Positions 25,901 to 27,020 of a stretch of DNA of 27,020 nucleotides are shown in pieces. How positions within the stretch are numbered: position 1 is the first letter of the stretch; every line of letters starts with the position of its first letter. The DNA comes from an uncultured Verrucomicrobiota bacterium (GTDB lineage: Bacteria; Verrucomicrobiota; Kiritimatiellia; RFP12; UBA3636). The notes beneath the pieces were generated by a model. The model was not told where the DNA came from, ran no database searches, and was given only the letters and a program-made list of their open reading frames with translations. The stretch spans positions 1-27,020 of the forward strand of contig CAMNDA010000338.1 in the NCBI GenBank assembly GCA_946534745.1, given 5' to 3'. Made by a program: the position numbers and the translations under genes.

Positions 25901-27020
25901 CCCATCGGATGCTGTCGGTCCTCTTGACGAGACGTTGAAGGGGATGGCCGACTCCGGATTCTTCACCGGCAAGGATGCCGAGCGCTTTGCCAGGCTTGCC
26001 GAGCGGATTCGTGGTGCGACTCGCGAGGCGATTGACTACATCCTCAATCCGCGTGGACCGTTCGGCGAGTCGCTTGCCGAACCCGGCATTGCTTTGCATC
26101 TTGCCGCCGTCGGCGTTCCCGCCGACCGGCGTGAGGAGGCGAAGAAGGCGATCCAGGGCGAACTCTTCGCCATCGACGAGATGTCGAAGGATGGGTTCCT
26201 CTACCCGCGCTCGCCGGAGGCCGAGGCGGCGAAGCCGCGGAAGAAGATTTCGATGCGGAAGCCGTCTCCGGCTCCGACGGTCTACACGGCCGAGGAGAAG
26301 AAGCGCGCGTTCCGTGCGCTCAACTCCGAGGAATACGCCGCGGAGAACCCGGCGGACCTCGCCCTCGCGAAGCGAATGCTTGACGATGGGCTTACCGTCT
26401 CGTCCGTGATCGGCGAGCTCTACTCCGGCGAGCGCTTCACGTGGCCCGTGCGCGGGTTCCGCATCGCGAAGCCGGCCGACGTTGCGGCGCTCACGCAGAT
26501 GCTCCGCTCGCCCTACCAGGAAAGTTTCAAGGTCGTGTTCACGGACGCCCGCGGCACGATCCTCGACGCGCGCGTCTGCTCGTTCGGCGACATCGACGCC
26601 TGCCCGGTCAATCCGAGCACGGTGCTTCTCGACGCGCCGGAGGGCACGGTCGGCGTGTATGTGTCGCACAACCATCCGTCCGGCGACCCGCGCCCGTCCG
26701 CGCAGGACGTGCGCATCACGCGTTCGCTCGGAGAGACGTGCGAGATGCTCGGCTACGAGCTCCTCGACCACGTCGTGACGAACGGCGCCAAGTTCCATTC
26801 GATGCGCGATTCCGGCGATGCGGAATTCTCGGAGGGGCGCAGGATGCGCCCGGCCGGGAATCTCCGTCCAGGAGAAAGGGCGGTGCCGGAGTTCAAGCGC
26901 GACGTCAAGGCCTGGGAGGCCGTGCCGGTCGACGAGCGCTGGCAGAACGACCGTCCGGAAGAGGCGTTCGCTCTCGCGGGCCGGTTCCGCGCCCTTGAGA
27001 CCGGCGGCGCGTTCATCGTC
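19992..27020 (+). CDS. Giant polyvalent internal virion protein (at least 2343 aa, 3'-truncated) with HExxH metallopeptidase and RadC-like JAB domains
   Basis: ATG at 19992 (MSALDYTLQADART...). No stop in the stretches translated by hand; the ORF track lists only shadow frames here, consistent with an ORF open at the window end. Gly/Ala hydrophobic block with 'KEGGLEAANEAGQQG', HESFH, long E/A/R coiled coil, HNHPSGDPRPSAQD. Confidence 0.9.
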   Translation, partial: MSALDYTLQADARTEEETAVPPVPPAPAQPQQQPVEEPPAPTEEEMTNALLADPRPVENTNRDLNAEADRTAGKADFDRAMADEAKRQRALREHDQAPAERLLRTISQRAEEDAARLHRRELAKSAMQDAFGKIYDYSVKEGGFLAPAQDGWSIGRMRLEDIRNYLSSSMVDDDSEEGRATFDYVSRAVLNHAGRMGLLKKTGDETLGEDEVFWSPTYGVVFGKGDRDAERWVEDRGSYIENLRGKLEAIDSWEGEKGASDPANGIKGASIRQIKGFLNDPAWRNRGDLDAQIFFSEAAAEIEKRYDETMQKRSVGRELLDSFVTGSMDAAWFMPARVYKYLRYIGADDRHDPNGRFLREMRKIKNEEDYLSARKPQRVAGLEDIHLRDENGELQAGRAIKDFGSLAATSAVNLLPQIALQMVGAGAVGKTAQFLTKGASLAAREAVASAVGKAVSYGGSALFNAGDVISQRVEEGLARGDSEVFSDWDIVRLTLGYTALDTVSPIRQTASEVAQSAVLRSGRRTAGRVTREALRRDLAKQMDEWIPTGRQIVRNFFKEGGLEAANEAGQQGLSYLDNWIKYGAPGHKSLDEADWDLAAFALNMANQGFAAFWSAAGGSVVSDVQKRRDNTRKAEQAQSWMSHHMAETIARDVRDAGFDPDFHKLAPQEQYLVFRLFGLRASDHNARMGLAGAKRMLDFAEGREAIPEGMDEKDLAEFKKQLEDKDALRKSVADWQKVLDDVHRQELGVMDYLEGPARAWARAWSAKVVSLPEDGIPSFVQSSLRAEEAERSFKRGRDIREGAVEAGETGAAARISTWGEDENPESSHRMMIEEQRSPDGKDFVIRVWNAYNKDRLPEGVQTEFEIGEDGATEDEVREKAKAAAVELTRFYDFLAQQDERMTAEASAILDSIGRKGQTIRWVSTKAEIERTLQKLGVADRETRDNVLGRLIGRGDSAITVDLGAGRSAILAVRERAVNRANLAATLQHESFHADLIANAERNRTNKELLADIDPDGKIGEPPAEPPEGASPSAVNEYRRKRAAYDARVRRCLDVAFLGLDVDKSGRTVDWTTVTDEQIEAREEEYARASETVDGVGSSGTRPSYFRPMRRMLYNRYVARHPVLAAELRGFLADRFGIAESDDEAAAEFVSIVHEGAGRTAANDISGPGRLEYSAKTSEEVYKLLMGEDAVPPTREERERRRKEENDRLVRETNERMAAEQQAEAEAIARYDAQQRESAAEKAEEAQRQDEETDLRARAAAQDAAEKAEEQARQRHTERENAAAVERVKAKRAARREQMRRSLEERTSRAKSDRVNKIYWRFEDFLDKYHPDVMDDEAWQKDNAEQLARLEKGLRENNPQIVLEATEALRKKLRGRPSPTTEARARETAEREQAEADRREQEAIRRENEAEEAGLRALEEQEEAQRRDEGADGERAAQGAAEAEAAEHADNPLAVEADRKEAEAARLEAIAKEKESKAKRGGKDKAAAEKARRLADRARKEAKAARAAQLGERTTSAYWASRPILDREDARDRRTARRRDEALQAEYDRLIAAGASEAQARRQANMAVTPARLNSRNVAGRPAVVAQTPGRFPIHEALEGRTLFGEVRPGDEAWEYVSDMTSRDAREAGLADRLLPKERGSRGLDSVVEALAENSPVIAARYGEDASGSKAAELVDAFLAETREIDELVADGALSEQERHNEDEEIEANRRRLGFYDERYEGMDDPERLAHIRDEVEARVKGMAPALPAEVAEAAAQDKAALDAQEELEAESPEAVQARRDSEAERAQQRFQESLVAQQEDEFYGDDYLAESAPRVRSRGGEADADVEAISDRLEFELSRLLDDEQVKKDVSQLEAAARRNIKSGWDDTPTEAEARDLKKRLAAANDKAKEMKKLSDENPGFTGDYWRQQEKYWRDEAKNLRGDLRKLKEEGIGEDRDQVDVYTNGDFLDLVESLAAGDARSSTWWDPYWDPSDAVGPLDETLKGMADSGFFTGKDAERFARLAERIRGATREAIDYILNPRGPFGESLAEPGIALHLAAVGVPADRREEAKKAIQGELFAIDEMSKDGFLYPRSPEAEAAKPRKKISMRKPSPAPTVYTAEEKKRAFRALNSEEYAAENPADLALAKRMLDDGLTVSSVIGELYSGERFTWPVRGFRIAKPADVAALTQMLRSPYQESFKVVFTDARGTILDARVCSFGDIDACPVNPSTVLLDAPEGTVGVYVSHNHPSGDPRPSAQDVRITRSLGETCEMLGYELLDHVVTNGAKFHSMRDSGDAEFSEGRRMRPAGNLRPGERAVPEFKRDVKAWEAVPVDERWQNDRPEEAFALAGRFRALETGGAFIV
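22740..23460 (+). other. Zincin-like metallopeptidase domain (MPTase-type) within the giant protein; boundaries approximate
   Basis: 'AILAVRERAVNRANLAATLQHESFHADL' (HESFH 22953-22967) and downstream 'AREEEYARASE'. Confidence 0.65.
26460..26816 (+). other. RadC-like JAB/MPN domain within the giant protein
   Basis: 'QESFKVVFTDARGTIL...SFGDIDACPVNP...VYVSHNHPSGDPRPSAQDVRITRSLGETCEMLGYELLDHVVTNGAKFHSMRDSG'; catalytic E at 26520, HxH at 26667-26675, D at 26706. Confidence 0.92.

Larger units (their letters stand above)
1..27020 (+). mobile_element. Tailed phage/prophage late (virion morphogenesis) region, probably podovirus-like
   Basis: Continuous co-oriented, translationally coupled gene array with adaptor-like genes, tail-fibre repeats, a DUF1353-like gene and a giant polyvalent internal virion protein; no housekeeping genes seen. 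Confidence 0.9.

Noticed and set aside
26460-26816. Stand-alone chromosomal radC gene
   Set aside because: The JAB domain is in frame inside the giant ORF, has no start or RBS of its own, and lacks the N-terminal helix-hairpin-helix region of cellular RadC.
20015-27016. Plus-strand ORFs in the track over the giant gene (e.g. 20984-21946, 22442-25090, 26441-26998)
   Set aside because: Arg/Pro/Gly-rich shadow frames. The frame starting at 19992 carries the real motifs (HESFH, HNHPSGD).
1-27020. tRNA, rRNA, integrase, transposase, att sites; firm host assignment
   Set aside because: No such sequences were recognised. The protein style loosely recalls PVC-superphylum (Kiritimatiellia-like) prophages, but this cannot be supported without a database search.

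Overview
High-GC window that reads as one co-oriented (+ strand) bacteriophage or prophage late/structural operon. Genes are tightly packed, mostly with ATGA/GTGA/TGATG stop-start overlaps. Order: 3' end of a Pro/Ala-rich gene; two head-tail adaptor-like genes (the first DUF6682-like); a cluster of fibre/decoration-like genes, several with Sec-type signal peptides; a secreted HExxH zincin; a lipoprotein; a glycan-enzyme cassette (clan GH-A-like TIM barrel, GT25-like glycosyltransferase, Stealth-like phosphotransferase); a DUF1353-like gene; membrane/coiled-coil genes; a 1079-aa probable tail protein; three Cys-rich genes; and three probable internal virion (ejection) proteins. The last of these is a giant ORF (19992 to beyond the window end, at least 2343 aa) that the supplied ORF track omits because it has no stop in the window. 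It carries an HExxH metallopeptidase and a RadC-like JAB domain, i.e. a polyvalent protein. The absence of tail-tube and tape-measure genes here suggests a short-tailed (podovirus-like) phage, which is inference. Capsid, portal, terminase, integrase and a canonical endolysin are not recognisable in this window. All family calls come from motif recognition by eye, not database searches. Most long ORFs in the supplied track are GC-rich shadow frames.
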